64,000 bases of DNA, taken from Trueperaceae bacterium (GTDB taxonomy: Bacteria; Deinococcota; Deinococci; Deinococcales; Trueperaceae). The stretch is taken from NCBI GenBank assembly GCA_965213705.1, contig OZ243913.1, forward strand, positions 1,664,001 through 1,728,000. The letters are read 5' to 3'. Made by a program: the position numbers and the translations under genes. How positions within the stretch are numbered: the first letter of the stretch is position 1; each line of letters begins with the position of its first letter. Below the pieces are notes generated by a model, which saw only the letters and a list, made by a program, of their open reading frames with translations, was not told the origin of the DNA and did not search any database. Positions 20,238 to 29,973 of the stretch are shown one piece after another.

Positions 20238-22288
20238 GCCGACTGCGCTCCCTCCGCTTGAGTGTGTCTGCTGAGAACCGCGCGGTGCTGCGGCGTCAGC
20301 GCGTAGCCCGTCCCGAGCACCAGAATGAGCCCGCCCACCCAAATCCAGGTCACCAAGGGACTCTGCACCACGCGCAGCGCCGTACTTGTTTGGCCCGGTC
20401 CTGGGTTGCTGATAAGGCTCAAATAGAGGTCGTGCCAGGGCGTGTACAGCACGGCAGGGGTGACGACGGGCTGGGCGTTGCCGAAGGTGTTGACCCTGGG
20501 ACGCAACGTCCTCACTTGCTCACCGTTCCGCCACACTTCAATGACCGAGCCGGCACTGACGCGGGCAATCGACCCCGCCAACTGCCCTATCGCGCCCGGC
20601 TGCGCCCCCATGTCGATGGTCTGCCCGTCCGCCGTGTGCGCCTCGGCAAACTGGTCGACGGCTCTCAGTTCGTAGCCTCTAAACTCGACACTCCCGCCGT
20701 AGGGAATGCTGACCTGCTCGTCCACGCGGTAAGCCGTACTCGCCATAATGCCGAGCGCGATGACCACCACGCCGAAGTGAACAATCATCGACCCGAAGCG
20801 GCGACGGCTTTCAAAGGCGTACTGGGTGAACACGCTCGCCATGCTCTTACCGGTCAAACGTGCCCTCGGCACGACCGCCCCGCCGATGAGCAACCCCAAA
20901 CTCACCAGGTTGTACGCCGCCAGCGCCACGGTGATGAGCGGGTAAGGCCGGTGGATGCCGAACAGGTAAGCGACCACGGCCGCGACCAGCGCGCCGCTGA
21001 ACAACCACGCCAGGTTTTTCAGCAGCGTTTGCTCCTCAGCCCGACGCCAGGGCAGCAGCGGCCCCACGCCCATGAGTAAGAAAATCAGGAACCACAGCGG
21101 CACGCTGATTTGGTTGAAGAACGGTGCGCCGACGGTCACCTTGTCGCCACTGACCGCCTCGACGATTAAGGGGAACAGCGTCCCGAGCAAAATCGCGAAG
21201 GTCAGCGCCAGCAGCAAGACGTTCCCCGCCAGGTAACTGCCCTCGCGGCTCAGCGGCGAGTCGAGTTCGGCGTTGTCGCGTACCTGGTCCCAGCGGAACG
21301 CCACCAGTCCGAACGAGGCGAGCGCGACCAGCCCGAAGAAAACGAGGAACACCGGCCCGACGGGGCCGTCCCCAAACGAATGCACCGAGCTGATAATGCC
21401 CGAGCGAATCAAAAACGTCCCCAGAATCGACAGCGAAAAGGTCAGGATGATGAGGAGCATGTTCCACGACTTCAGCATCCGCCGCCGCTCCTGCACCTGC
21501 ACGCTGTGGATAAAGGCCGTCGCCGCCAACCACGGCATAAAGCTGATGTTCTCGACCGGGTCCCAGGCCCAATAACCGCCCCAACCCAAAACCTCGTAGC
21601 TCCACCAGCCGCCCGCTACGATGCCTGCGGATAAAAAGCCCCAGCCTGCAAGCGTCCAGACGCGCGTCTGCGTCATCCACTCGGTGCCGCTGCGCTTGGT
21701 GATGAGGGCCGCCATCGCAAAGGCGAAGGGGACGCTCAAGCCGACGTAACCTAAGTACAGCAGCGCCGGGTGAACCGCCATCATCCAGTGGTTTTGTAAG
21801 AGCGGGTTCGGCCCTATTCCGTCCACGGGCGGGGCGGGCAAAAAGGTGAACGGGTTGGCAATCGTCGCCACCACGCCGATGAAAAAAGCTTGCACAACTT
21901 GCAACACGACGAGCGCCCAGGGCCGCAACACGTTGTTGCGTGCGGTAACGGCGACGACGGCGGTGTAGGCCGTCAGCAGCCAGGCCCAGAAGAGGATGGA
22001 GCCTTCCAAGGCCGCCCACAACGTGACGATTTTGACCCACAGCGGTGAGGCTATCCGTGAGTGTTCTGCCACGTACTGCACCGAAAAGTCGTCGGTGAGG
22101 AGCGCCACTTCCATCGTGGCAATGGCTGTGGTGAGTGCCAGAAACACCGCGACTGCGGCAAACCGCGCCGAGGTCTGCAGGCGCGCGTCGCGCCGCCGCG
22201 CGCCCAAGATGCCGACGACGACGGCGTAAAGGGCTAAGCCGAGGGCGAAGTAGACGCTGGCCGTGCCGAGTTGGCTGAGGTTAAGCAT
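20234..22288 (-). CDS. ccmF: Heme lyase CcmF
   Basis: EGSILFW, NPLLQN..VHP, WGGYWAWDPVEN and SVHSF motifs. Confidence 0.96.
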   Translation of the reverse strand: MLNLSQLGTASVYFALGLALYAVVVGILGARRRDARLQTSARFAAVAVFLALTTAIATMEVALLTDDFSVQYVAEHSRIASPLWVKIVTLWAALEGSILFWAWLLTAYTAVVAVTARNNVLRPWALVVLQVVQAFFIGVVATIANPFTFLPAPPVDGIGPNPLLQNHWMMAVHPALLYLGYVGLSVPFAFAMAALITKRSGTEWMTQTRVWTLAGWGFLSAGIVAGGWWSYEVLGWGGYWAWDPVENISFMPWLAATAFIHSVQVQERRRMLKSWNMLLIILTFSLSILGTFLIRSGIISSVHSFGDGPVGPVFLVFFGLVALASFGLVAFRWDQVRDNAELDSPLSREGSYLAGNVLLLALTFAILLGTLFPLIVEAVSGDKVTVGAPFFNQISVPLWFLIFLLMGVGPLLPWRRAEEQTLLKNLAWLFSGALVAAVVAYLFGIHRPYPLITVALAAYNLVSLGLLIGGAVVPRARLTGKSMASVFTQYAFESRRRFGSMIVHFGVVVIALGIMASTAYRVDEQVSIPYGGSVEFRGYELRAVDQFAEAHTADGQTIDMGAQPGAIGQLAGSIARVSAGSVIEVWRNGEQVRTLRPRVNTFGNAQPVVTPAVLYTPWHDLYLSLISNPGPGQTSTALRVVQSPLVTWIWVGGLILVLGTGYALTPQHRAVLSRHTQAEGAQSA

Positions 22289-22420
22289 GACCCCCCCTGA
22301 CCGTGGCTGCGCCCGGTCGGTCCCCCCCTAGAAGGGGGGGTAGGTTGTGGGAGGCGGATGAACTGTCTCTAGTTCCCCTTTTTAGGGGGGCGCTCGAGCG
22401 AACGCAATAAGCGGGGGGTC
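22289..22420. repeat. REP-like/MITE-like palindromic intergenic element
   Basis: Terminal inverted repeats GACCCCCC / GGGGGGTC; internal hairpins CCCCCCCTAGAAGGGGGGG and TCCCCTTTTTAGGGGGG. Confidence 0.65.
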
Positions 22421-22423
22421 TTG

Positions 22424-22852
22424 TCACTGCAATGACTCCTTCAATTCCTGTACGTCCACCGACTGCCCGGCTTCGGGCTGCTCGTATTGCTCCGAGTGTT
22501 TGACGAGCACGTTGTCGCCGTAAAACTCTTCCCCGTCGAACTTGCCCTCGACGACGACGCCCATGCCCTCTTTGAACAGTTCGGGCGGCGCGCCCTTGTG
22601 GCTTACCGGGTAGCTGCGCACCGTGTCGGTAATCATGAAGGTAAGCTGCAAATTTTGGTCGTTGAACTGCACCGTGCCGGGTTCGACGATGCCGCCCAGC
22701 CGGAGCCGCCTATCGGCGAACTCCTGCACGTCCGCGGCGTACTCGGACGGGGTGACGAAGTAGACGAGGCTCGAGCCCAGCGCCCGGTACATGAAAAAGC
22801 CGGCGAAACCGAGCACCGCGACGCCCATCACGGAGTAGACGAGCCGCTTCAC
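22424..22852 (-). CDS. ccmE: Heme chaperone CcmE
   Basis: LVYFVTPSE, RLGGIV, PELFKEGMGVVVEG and KHSEQY heme-binding motif; start GTG 22852. Confidence 0.93.
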   Translation of the reverse strand: MKRLVYSVMGVAVLGFAGFFMYRALGSSLVYFVTPSEYAADVQEFADRRLRLGGIVEPGTVQFNDQNLQLTFMITDTVRSYPVSHKGAPPELFKEGMGVVVEGKFDGEEFYGDNVLVKHSEQYEQPEAGQSVDVQELKESLQ

Positions 22853-22977
22853 GCGTCGTCCTCGTCCCGCGCCCGCTTCGCGCGCCACCTCAGGTACAAC
22901 AGGTAACCCGCGTAAGCCGCCAAAACCTCGGCCCAGGCGAGACCGACCCAACCCCATTGTGAGAATGAATCAAACAC
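22849..22977 (-). CDS. ccmD: Heme exporter protein CcmD (42 aa, absent from the ORF track)
   Basis: Manual translation VFDSFSQWGWVGLAWAEVLAAYAGYLLYLRWRAKRARDEDDA*: single TM plus charged tail, located between ccmC and ccmE. Confidence 0.75.
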   Translation of the reverse strand: MFDSFSQWGWVGLAWAEVLAAYAGYLLYLRWRAKRARDEDDA

Positions 22978-23692
22978 GGACGACCTCCCCGCGAGTTGGC
23001 GTTTCCGGCTCTGTGTAGGCAACCTCGCGCCGACCGATGCGGACGCGCACCAGCAAAAAGTAGACGAAAATCAGCCCCGCCACCGCCACGTTGTAGAGCA
23101 AAATCCAGCGGAAAATCGGCGACATCATGTCGCTCACGCCGCTGCTGGTGATGTCGAAACTTTTAGCGGGGTGGATGGTGCGGAACCACTTCGCCGCCAT
23201 CCAGTTGAAGGGCAGGCTCGCCAGCACGATGATGGAGACCACCGCGCTCACCCGGCCGCGGCGCAGCGGGTCGTCGATAAGTCCGCGCACCACGAAGTAG
23301 CCCACCAACAGCGCGAAGGCCAGCGCCGTCAAGGTGAGTTTCGCGTCCCAGTCCCAAAAAACGCCGATGGTCGGTTTGCTGTAGGTCATCCCACCCACAA
23401 GCGCGAGGCCGAAGTAAATGAGCGACAATTCGGCGCTCGCGACCGCCCACACGTCGTCCATCGGGTGCGAGCGCCACAGGTAGAGCATCCCGTAAAGCGC
23501 GGTCATCACCACCGCCAAAAAGCCTATCCACACGACCGAAACGTGCGCGTAGGTGACGCGGAACAGGTCGCCCTGGTTGACGTCGGGCGGGCTCACCACG
23601 AGCGCTAAGTACAGCCCGACGCCGAACAGCAGCAGCGTTATTATTCCGAAGACGCTCAGCCACAGGGGGCGTCCGTTGTCGCGGGTTGTCAT
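22970..23692 (-). CDS. ccmC: Heme exporter CcmC
   Basis: YAHV, WWD-like KPTIGVFWDWDAKLT and RTIHP. Confidence 0.9.
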   Translation of the reverse strand: MTTRDNGRPLWLSVFGIITLLLFGVGLYLALVVSPPDVNQGDLFRVTYAHVSVVWIGFLAVVMTALYGMLYLWRSHPMDDVWAVASAELSLIYFGLALVGGMTYSKPTIGVFWDWDAKLTLTALAFALLVGYFVVRGLIDDPLRRGRVSAVVSIIVLASLPFNWMAAKWFRTIHPAKSFDITSSGVSDMMSPIFRWILLYNVAVAGLIFVYFLLVRVRIGRREVAYTEPETPTRGEVVRV

Positions 23693-23771
23693 CGTCTTGC
23701 CTCCTGAAACAAGTGTGAGCCTGGTGTGTTGATTGCTGTACTGAACTGCGGAGAGGGGCGGTCCACAACCC

Positions 23772-24464
23772 TCACTCTTCCAGCACGAAGTGAAAAATAG
23801 CCGTGCAAATCACAAAATAAACGAGGTCGAAACCCACCAACAATTGTAGCCAGTCCGCGGCGAAATTCGGGTTGTCCAGGAGGGTAAGCTCGAGCGTCGC
23901 CCGCACCGCCGCGAGCAGCACGGGCACGACGACCGGGAACATCAGCACGGGCAGCAGGGACTCACGCGCGCGTAAGTTCGCTGTGAGCGCCGCATAAAAC
24001 GTCGCGATGAGCGCGAAGCCGAGCGTGCCCAGCGCCACGGTGAGGAGCAGCCACGGCCAGTGGAGGGCGATGGGCAGACCGAAAAACACCGCCGCGACGG
24101 GCAGCAGCAGCGCGCCCAGCAGCGCCATGTACAGCCAGTTGGCGACGAGTTTGCCCAGAAAAATCGTCGCTCGAGGGATGGGGTAGAGGAGGAGTTGCTC
24201 GAGCGCACCCTCTTCTTGTTCGCCCTGATAACTCTGCGCCGCCGAGATGACGCCCGCAAAGGCCAGCGCCACCCACAGCGCGCCCGGCGCGGCGTTGCGC
24301 AGCGCCAAACGCTCCGGCCCCAGCGCGAAGGCCAGGATGACGAGCACAGTGGCCGCAAAAAACACCGTCGCTACGGTGACCGCCTTGCTGCGCACCTCTT
24401 GCCGGACGTCCTTGCGGGCGATGGCGGCGGCGTAAGTAAAATCTGCGAAGAACGATTCAGCCAC
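23772..24464 (-). CDS. ccmB: Heme exporter CcmB
   Basis: KDVRQE, PGALWV, EEGALEQL and LLPVLMFPVVVPVL. Confidence 0.92.
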   Translation of the reverse strand: MAESFFADFTYAAAIARKDVRQEVRSKAVTVATVFFAATVLVILAFALGPERLALRNAAPGALWVALAFAGVISAAQSYQGEQEEGALEQLLLYPIPRATIFLGKLVANWLYMALLGALLLPVAAVFFGLPIALHWPWLLLTVALGTLGFALIATFYAALTANLRARESLLPVLMFPVVVPVLLAAVRATLELTLLDNPNFAADWLQLLVGFDLVYFVICTAIFHFVLEE

Positions 24465-25164
24465 GCGCCACCTCCGAGTCGGTCAGGACGCCGTAGCGGT
24501 GCAAACCGCCGCCCTCGAGCTGCAACACGCTGTCGGCATATTGCGCGGCGTGTTCGACCTCGTGCGAGGCGACGATGACGGTGCGGCCCTGCAGCCGCGC
24601 ACTCACCAGCAGGTCGTCGACGAGACCTTTGCCCTCTTCGTCGAGCGCGGCGTAGGGTTCGTCGAGCAGCCACAGGTCGGCGTCGGCGAGGAGGAGTCTA
24701 GCCAGCGCGAGGCGCTTTTTCATGCCGCTCGAGAAGGCCCGCACGAGCTTGTCGGCCGCCGACAGCAAACCGACAGCCTCGAGCTTGCCGCTCAGTTCGG
24801 CCGTGGTGACCTCGCGCCGACCGTAACCGTACAGGGTCGCCGCCAGGCGCAAGTTTTCAAGGGCGCTCAACGTGAGGTAGTGCCCGCCGAGCACGCTCAC
24901 GTAAGCGACGTGCCGCCGCACCTCGGCCGCGCGTTTGACGAGGTCGAAACCGAACACCGCCCCGCGCCCCGCCGTGGGGCGCAGCCGCGTCGCCAGCACC
25001 TTGAGGAGTGTCGTCTTGCCCGAGCCGTTGCCGCCGCAGAGGACGACGATTTTGCCGGGCGTTATCACCAGGTTGAGGTTTTTGACCACGTACTCGGGGC
25101 CGTACTTGCGACCCAAACCGACGAGTTCGACGGCGACCGGCGGGGTTTCGGAAGGGTTCGTCAC
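24457..25164 (-). CDS. ccmA: Heme ABC exporter ATP-binding protein CcmA
   Basis: GGNGSGKTT, FSSGMKKR and WLLDEP; operon context. Confidence 0.9.
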   Translation of the reverse strand: MTNPSETPPVAVELVGLGRKYGPEYVVKNLNLVITPGKIVVLCGGNGSGKTTLLKVLATRLRPTAGRGAVFGFDLVKRAAEVRRHVAYVSVLGGHYLTLSALENLRLAATLYGYGRREVTTAELSGKLEAVGLLSAADKLVRAFSSGMKKRLALARLLLADADLWLLDEPYAALDEEGKGLVDDLLVSARLQGRTVIVASHEVEHAAQYADSVLQLEGGGLHRYGVLTDSEVARG

Positions 25165-25174
25165 GACAAAAACA

Positions 25175-25885
25175 TCACAGTTTCGACAACAACCACTCGG
25201 GCGTGTAGCGGATGAGGGCGCTGTTGAGCCGCGTGTAAAAGCCGGTTACCATGAGCACACCCGCCACCACGAGCAGGCCCCCGGCCGCCCGCTCGACCCA
25301 GGGCAGGTAGCGCCGAAACCCGGCTGAGAATTTCAAAAACGACTCGACCGCCAGCGCCGCCAGAAAGAAAGGAATCGCCAGGCCGAGGGCGTAACTGGTG
25401 AGCAGCAACACGCCCTGCGACAGCGTCCCCGTCGCGCCCGCCAGCGTTAACACCCCGCCCAGCACCGGCCCGATGCAGGGCGTCCAGCCCGCCGCAAAGG
25501 CCACGCCGAGCAGGACAGCGCCCCAAGAGGTGCTGCTGTCGCCCGTAAACGCCCGGCGGGTGTCCCGGTACAAAAAGGGCAGCTTGAACACGCCCAACAT
25601 TACCAATCCGAACACCGCCACGAGTACCCCGCTCGCCGTCATAAACGGGCTGCGGTAGTCCCGCAACAGCGACCCGAGCGCACTCGCCGACGCGCCCAGC
25701 GCGATAAAAACGAGTGAAAATCCCAGAATGAACAACAAGCTGTTGCGCAGCACGACCGCCCGCGTTTTCGCTTGCGCCGAACTGCCGCCGACGTACGCCA
25801 AATAAGAAGGCACCAGCGGCAACACGCAAGGCGACAAAAACGACAGCAGCCCCGCGGCAAACGCGAGTGGCAGGGTCGGGGTCAC
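25175..25885 (-). CDS. ccdA: Cytochrome c biogenesis protein CcdA
   Basis: AGLLSFLSPCVLPLVP and AGWTPCIGP. Confidence 0.93.
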   Translation of the reverse strand: MTPTLPLAFAAGLLSFLSPCVLPLVPSYLAYVGGSSAQAKTRAVVLRNSLLFILGFSLVFIALGASASALGSLLRDYRSPFMTASGVLVAVFGLVMLGVFKLPFLYRDTRRAFTGDSSTSWGAVLLGVAFAAGWTPCIGPVLGGVLTLAGATGTLSQGVLLLTSYALGLAIPFFLAALAVESFLKFSAGFRRYLPWVERAAGGLLVVAGVLMVTGFYTRLNSALIRYTPEWLLSKL

Positions 25886-26013
25886 AGGAAAAGGCCTTTC
25901 GGTTCCATACTTAACAACGCATCATACGCCGGACGGAGAGATTGCAAAACAGACATTTGTCCTTGAAGTAACGTGTCTGAGCCGCAAAAACCTCTTTCTG
26001 TCGCAGTGCCGAC

Positions 26014-26436
26014 CTACAAAAGCCGCTGGTGGTCCGCCAACATGCAGCGGCTTTGAATCACGTCCATGCCTGCGTCGGAAAGCGCCTTGGCGAACTCGTC
26101 GTTGCGAATGCCGAGTTGCAGCCAAACGAGCTTGGGCAGGGGCGTCAGGCTCAAAATATCGTCTAAGTGGTCCGGCAAGTGCTCGGCACGCCGAAAAACG
26201 TCGACGACCTCTACCGGTTCGGTCAGGTCGGCGAGTTCGGCGACGACTTTGCGGCCCAACAAGCTCTCGCCCGCAAACACGGGGTTGACCGGGTAAACCT
26301 CGTAGCCGTTGTCTTGCAAGTACTTGGGCACGTAGTAGGCGGCCTTGCTTTGGGTGGTGTGCGCGCCGAGGACGGCGACGCTTTTGTAGGTCTCGAGCGC
26401 TCGTTTGACGTCGTTTATTTCGGTGAGGATAGCCAT
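26014..26436 (-). CDS. CoA-binding protein (YccU-like)
   Basis: VAVLGA, YEVYPVNP, VDVFR, VWLQLGI; start ATG 26436. Confidence 0.9.
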   Translation of the reverse strand: MAILTEINDVKRALETYKSVAVLGAHTTQSKAAYYVPKYLQDNGYEVYPVNPVFAGESLLGRKVVAELADLTEPVEVVDVFRRAEHLPDHLDDILSLTPLPKLVWLQLGIRNDEFAKALSDAGMDVIQSRCMLADHQRLL

Positions 26437-26501
26437 GCCCGAACCTAGCAGAAGACGCGGCGGCGAGCCGCGTGCTGCGTGACAAAAAAGCTGCAAAACG
26501 T

Positions 26502-26546
26502 CACCGACTGAGACACCGCGCCGCAAAAGCGGTGTCTCAGTCGGTG
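26502..26546 (-). terminator. 18-bp stem hairpin downstream of the repeat-domain lipoprotein gene
   Basis: CACCGACTGAGACACCGC-N9-GCGGTGTCTCAGTCGGTG. Confidence 0.65.
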
Positions 26547-26575
26547 GAGGGCTGCTCGAGCCGGGCTTGGAAGAC

Positions 26576-28282
26576 TCAGTAGCGGTAGGTGACGAACAGC
26601 TGCGCCGGCCCGTCGGTGTCTTCGTGAGAGGTCGCGGCGCGGTGGGCCGTACTGCCGGGTTCGCCACTCAGGATAAAGACGAGTGCGGAAGAAGCGTTCC
26701 AATTGGGGTAGTCAACGACCTCTTGCACCAGTGCGGACAGGTCGGGTGAGCGTTCCGCTCCGGTGGCTGACCTTTCATCACCCCACAGTGGCGGTTCCCA
26801 CAGCGCTAGCGCCGCAGTCACGGGCCGGTCGGAAATATTGTTGACAGCGCCGTGGACGAAAGTCGCCGCGTTCGGGTCGGCTTCGGCTCTGATGGTGAGG
26901 TTTGGAAAGGTGGTGTGCGCGTAGTCCTCATCGGATATGAACTGGATATAAGCGCTTTCGATGGTGGCACCCTGGGGAATGTTGAGGCCGCGAAAGCGCA
27001 GGCCCACGAGCTGCTGGGTCCGGTTCAAGGTGTCGTAAGCCAGGTCGAGGTCGCCGCCGGTGGTGTCTGTAGCATTGGCGGGAAGCGAGTTGTTGGTGGG
27101 TTTTTTCAAAAACTGCTCGGCGTCGTCCGTACTCACGCGCGGGTTGTTCGGGTCGGTGCCGCGGATGGGCACCTTGAGGGTTCTCACTGTGCCGCTCGCC
27201 TCGAGTTTGAAGACGGCGGTGACCTGGGTAGCCGCCTTCAGCGTGACCCTGCACACGTCGCCGGAAGCGTTCGCGCAATCCTGCCAACCCGAGAAAACCG
27301 AACCCGCGTTCGCGGTCGCGTTCAAGGTGACGGCCGTACCTGCCCCAAAGTTTTCGGTGCAGTCGCTGCCGCAGCTGATGCCGACGGGCGTGCTCGAGAC
27401 CGTCCCCGCCCCGCCGCCCGTTGTGACGACCGTGAGCGGGTAGCTGACCGGTCCCGTGTCGTTTTCGGTAAACGAAGCGGTCACGCTCGTGTCGGCCGTC
27501 AGCGTCAAGCTGCACGCGCCCGTGCCCGTGCAAGCCCCGCCCCAGCCCGCGAAGCTCGAGCCCGCCGCGGGCGTGGCGCGCAAACTTACCACAGTGCCGG
27601 CGGCGAAGTCCGCCGCGCAAGTCGCCGGGCAGTTTATTCCGGCGGGCGAGCTGGTAACGCTCCCCGCACCTGCAAGGCTTACAGACAGCTGAGGCTGTTC
27701 GGTGAAGGTCGCTGTGACGGTCCGGGTCGCGCTCATCGTCACCCGGCAAGCCCCCGTACCGGTGCAGTCGCCGTCCCAGCCCGCAAACTCGGAGCCTGCG
27801 TCCGGCTCGGCGCTCAACGTCACGATGCTGTTTTCGGCATACGTTTCGCGGCAGTCGGAGCCGCAGATTATACCCGCCGGGTCGCCGGTCACCGTACCAC
27901 CGCCGTTTTTGGTCACCACGAGGTCGAAGGTGGCAGCGCCGACGCGGTCAAAGGTCGCGCGCACGTTTTTGGCGTCGTTCATGACGACTTCACAAACGGC
28001 CGCGCCGGGGTCGCCACAGTCGCCGTCCCAGCCTGTAAAAACCGAACCGTCGTCAACCGCCGCGGTGAGGCTTACAGTTTTGCCGAGGGGAAAGTCGGCG
28101 GTAAAGTCTTGGCGGTAGTCGGTGTCCCCCGTATCCGACGTCACGGTGAGCGCACCGCCGCCCTCACCCAGAAAGTTGACGGTGAGGGGCGCCGACGCTG
28201 TCGGCTCGTCCGTGCAGGCCACCACAAAAAAGCTGACGACGGCAAGCAAGACGGCGTAAGAGAAAAGCGCTTTGGGGTTCAT
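26576..28282 (-). CDS. Surface lipoprotein with four divergent InlB B-repeat-like domains and a C-terminal beta domain
   Basis: Lipobox VVAC; four ~75-85 aa units (GxVTSxPxGIxCxxxC...VTLxA...SxFxGWxGxC...VTAxF); C-terminal VGLRFRGLNIPQGATIESAYIQF; start ATG 28282. Confidence 0.8.
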   Translation of the reverse strand: MNPKALFSYAVLLAVVSFFVVACTDEPTASAPLTVNFLGEGGGALTVTSDTGDTDYRQDFTADFPLGKTVSLTAAVDDGSVFTGWDGDCGDPGAAVCEVVMNDAKNVRATFDRVGAATFDLVVTKNGGGTVTGDPAGIICGSDCRETYAENSIVTLSAEPDAGSEFAGWDGDCTGTGACRVTMSATRTVTATFTEQPQLSVSLAGAGSVTSSPAGINCPATCAADFAAGTVVSLRATPAAGSSFAGWGGACTGTGACSLTLTADTSVTASFTENDTGPVSYPLTVVTTGGGAGTVSSTPVGISCGSDCTENFGAGTAVTLNATANAGSVFSGWQDCANASGDVCRVTLKAATQVTAVFKLEASGTVRTLKVPIRGTDPNNPRVSTDDAEQFLKKPTNNSLPANATDTTGGDLDLAYDTLNRTQQLVGLRFRGLNIPQGATIESAYIQFISDEDYAHTTFPNLTIRAEADPNAATFVHGAVNNISDRPVTAALALWEPPLWGDERSATGAERSPDLSALVQEVVDYPNWNASSALVFILSGEPGSTAHRAATSHEDTDGPAQLFVTYRY

Positions 28283-28470
28283 GAGGTTGCCTTTCGGGGT
28301 GAGCTGTTCGAGTAAAAACGTGAAAAATTCCGCATGTGCCAAGTGTGACCCGAAACGCCACAGCGCGCTGTGACGGGCGACGGTTCCGGGGGCGTCTCAA
28401 ACCTCTACAACGTTTTACGCTGCTGCTTTGAACTAGCGCCGCCTATACCACCGCGTCTACATCACCGCGC

Positions 28471-29829
28471 CTACACCACCGCGTCGACGCCGGCCTCGAG
28501 ACTGGGCAACACGAGCCGAAACCGAGTGCCCTCGCCCAAGGTGCTGTCGACCTCGAGCGTGCCTTCGTGAACGTCGGCAATTTGCCGGACGATGGCGAGT
28601 CCTAAGCCGGCGCCACCGCCTTTGCCTTTGTAAAACTTATCAAAAATGTGCGGCAGTTCCGCGGCTGAGATGCCCGGCCCCCGGTCGCGCACCTCTAGAA
28701 CGACGGTCTCCGCAAAGCAACTCAGGCGCAAGTCGACCGCGCCCGGGTCGCCGCTTAGCCGCACCGCGTTGGCGGTCAAGTTGCGCACCAACTGCCGCAA
28801 CCGCTCGGGGTCGCCGACGAGGGTCGCGCCCGGCGCGCCCGTCAAGCCGACGCCCTGAAACTCTTCGGCGACCGGCTGCAGGATGTCTAAGTAGGGGTCG
28901 ACGAGGTGCGGCACGAGTTCTTGTACCAGTTCGCCGCGCGACAACTGCAGCAGGTCGGCGACGAGCCGCGACATCGTCTGCGCGATGCGTTTGGCGTCGG
29001 CCAAGTCCCGCTGCACGTCTAGGTCGGCCCCGCGCGAGGCGCGCTCCAAAAAACCCTGCAAACTCGTTAAAGGCGTGCGGAGTTCGTGGCTGGTTTCGGC
29101 CAAAAAGCTTCTCTGAGCGTCCAGGGCCGCTTTCAGGCGCAAGATGAGGTCGTCGATAACGCGGCTGAGCTGGCCCACCTCGTCGTCCGGCCCCCGGTAG
29201 TGAAGCGGTTGCAGGTTGTGCGGGTCGACTCGTGCGGCCAGGGCCGCGAGTTGGGTGATGGGCCGAATCGCAGTCGCCGCGACGATGTAAGCAATCAACG
29301 CGCTCGCCCCGATGAGGATGAGGGCTGTGAGGACGAGCGACTGCGCCAACTTGCGCAGCGCAATCGGGATGAAGCCCGTCGCCGCGAGGACCACCACCAC
29401 GCCCAGGTCGAACGGGGCCAGCGCGGCGCGAACCGGCTGCCCGAGGACTTCGCCCTGCCAGTCGCGCACCGTACCGCCTTCGAAGGTTCTGCCGATAAGG
29501 TCTTGGGGCAAAAACGCCTCGGTTTCGTACTGGGGGCTCGAGGACGCCAAAAAGTTTCCCTGCTTGTCGTAAAGCTGGACGACGACCCGCCCGGTCGGGG
29601 CCGAGCGTAAACTTTCGGGCTGGCTCACCGCGCCGCCGTCGCTGCCGCTGTTGTAGTAAAGACCTATTTTTTGGGCGTCCTCGCGCAAACCGCGTTGCAG
29701 GTCGCCGAACAGCGAAGCTTTTACGACGAAGTAAGCGGTAAACACCGCCACCACGCTGAGCAGCGCAATCGCCAGCGCCGTCAACACGGCGATGCGCCAC
29801 CTCAAGGGAATGCCGCGACGAACTATCAT
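28471..29829 (-). CDS. HAMP-domain sensor histidine kinase
   Basis: Two TM segments, HAMP, SHELRTPL, NLTANA, DRGPGI and GAGLGL. Confidence 0.95.
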   Translation of the reverse strand: MIVRRGIPLRWRIAVLTALAIALLSVVAVFTAYFVVKASLFGDLQRGLREDAQKIGLYYNSGSDGGAVSQPESLRSAPTGRVVVQLYDKQGNFLASSSPQYETEAFLPQDLIGRTFEGGTVRDWQGEVLGQPVRAALAPFDLGVVVVLAATGFIPIALRKLAQSLVLTALILIGASALIAYIVAATAIRPITQLAALAARVDPHNLQPLHYRGPDDEVGQLSRVIDDLILRLKAALDAQRSFLAETSHELRTPLTSLQGFLERASRGADLDVQRDLADAKRIAQTMSRLVADLLQLSRGELVQELVPHLVDPYLDILQPVAEEFQGVGLTGAPGATLVGDPERLRQLVRNLTANAVRLSGDPGAVDLRLSCFAETVVLEVRDRGPGISAAELPHIFDKFYKGKGGGAGLGLAIVRQIADVHEGTLEVDSTLGEGTRFRLVLPSLEAGVDAVV

Positions 29830-29973
29830 GTTAAGAGGCTGACATACCGGCCCGCCTCATGCAAGCCGGTGGACGACTTTTGGGGTGAAGAAGAGAGTTG
29901 CTCGTCGCCACCTCAATTTTTAGACGAACGACCAAACACGAAGGACGAACAACGCTTGGTTTTTTAAGCCTCG

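Noticed and set aside
28283..28470. Riboswitch upstream of the repeat lipoprotein gene
   Set aside because: Small hairpins only; no recognisable aptamer or expression platform.
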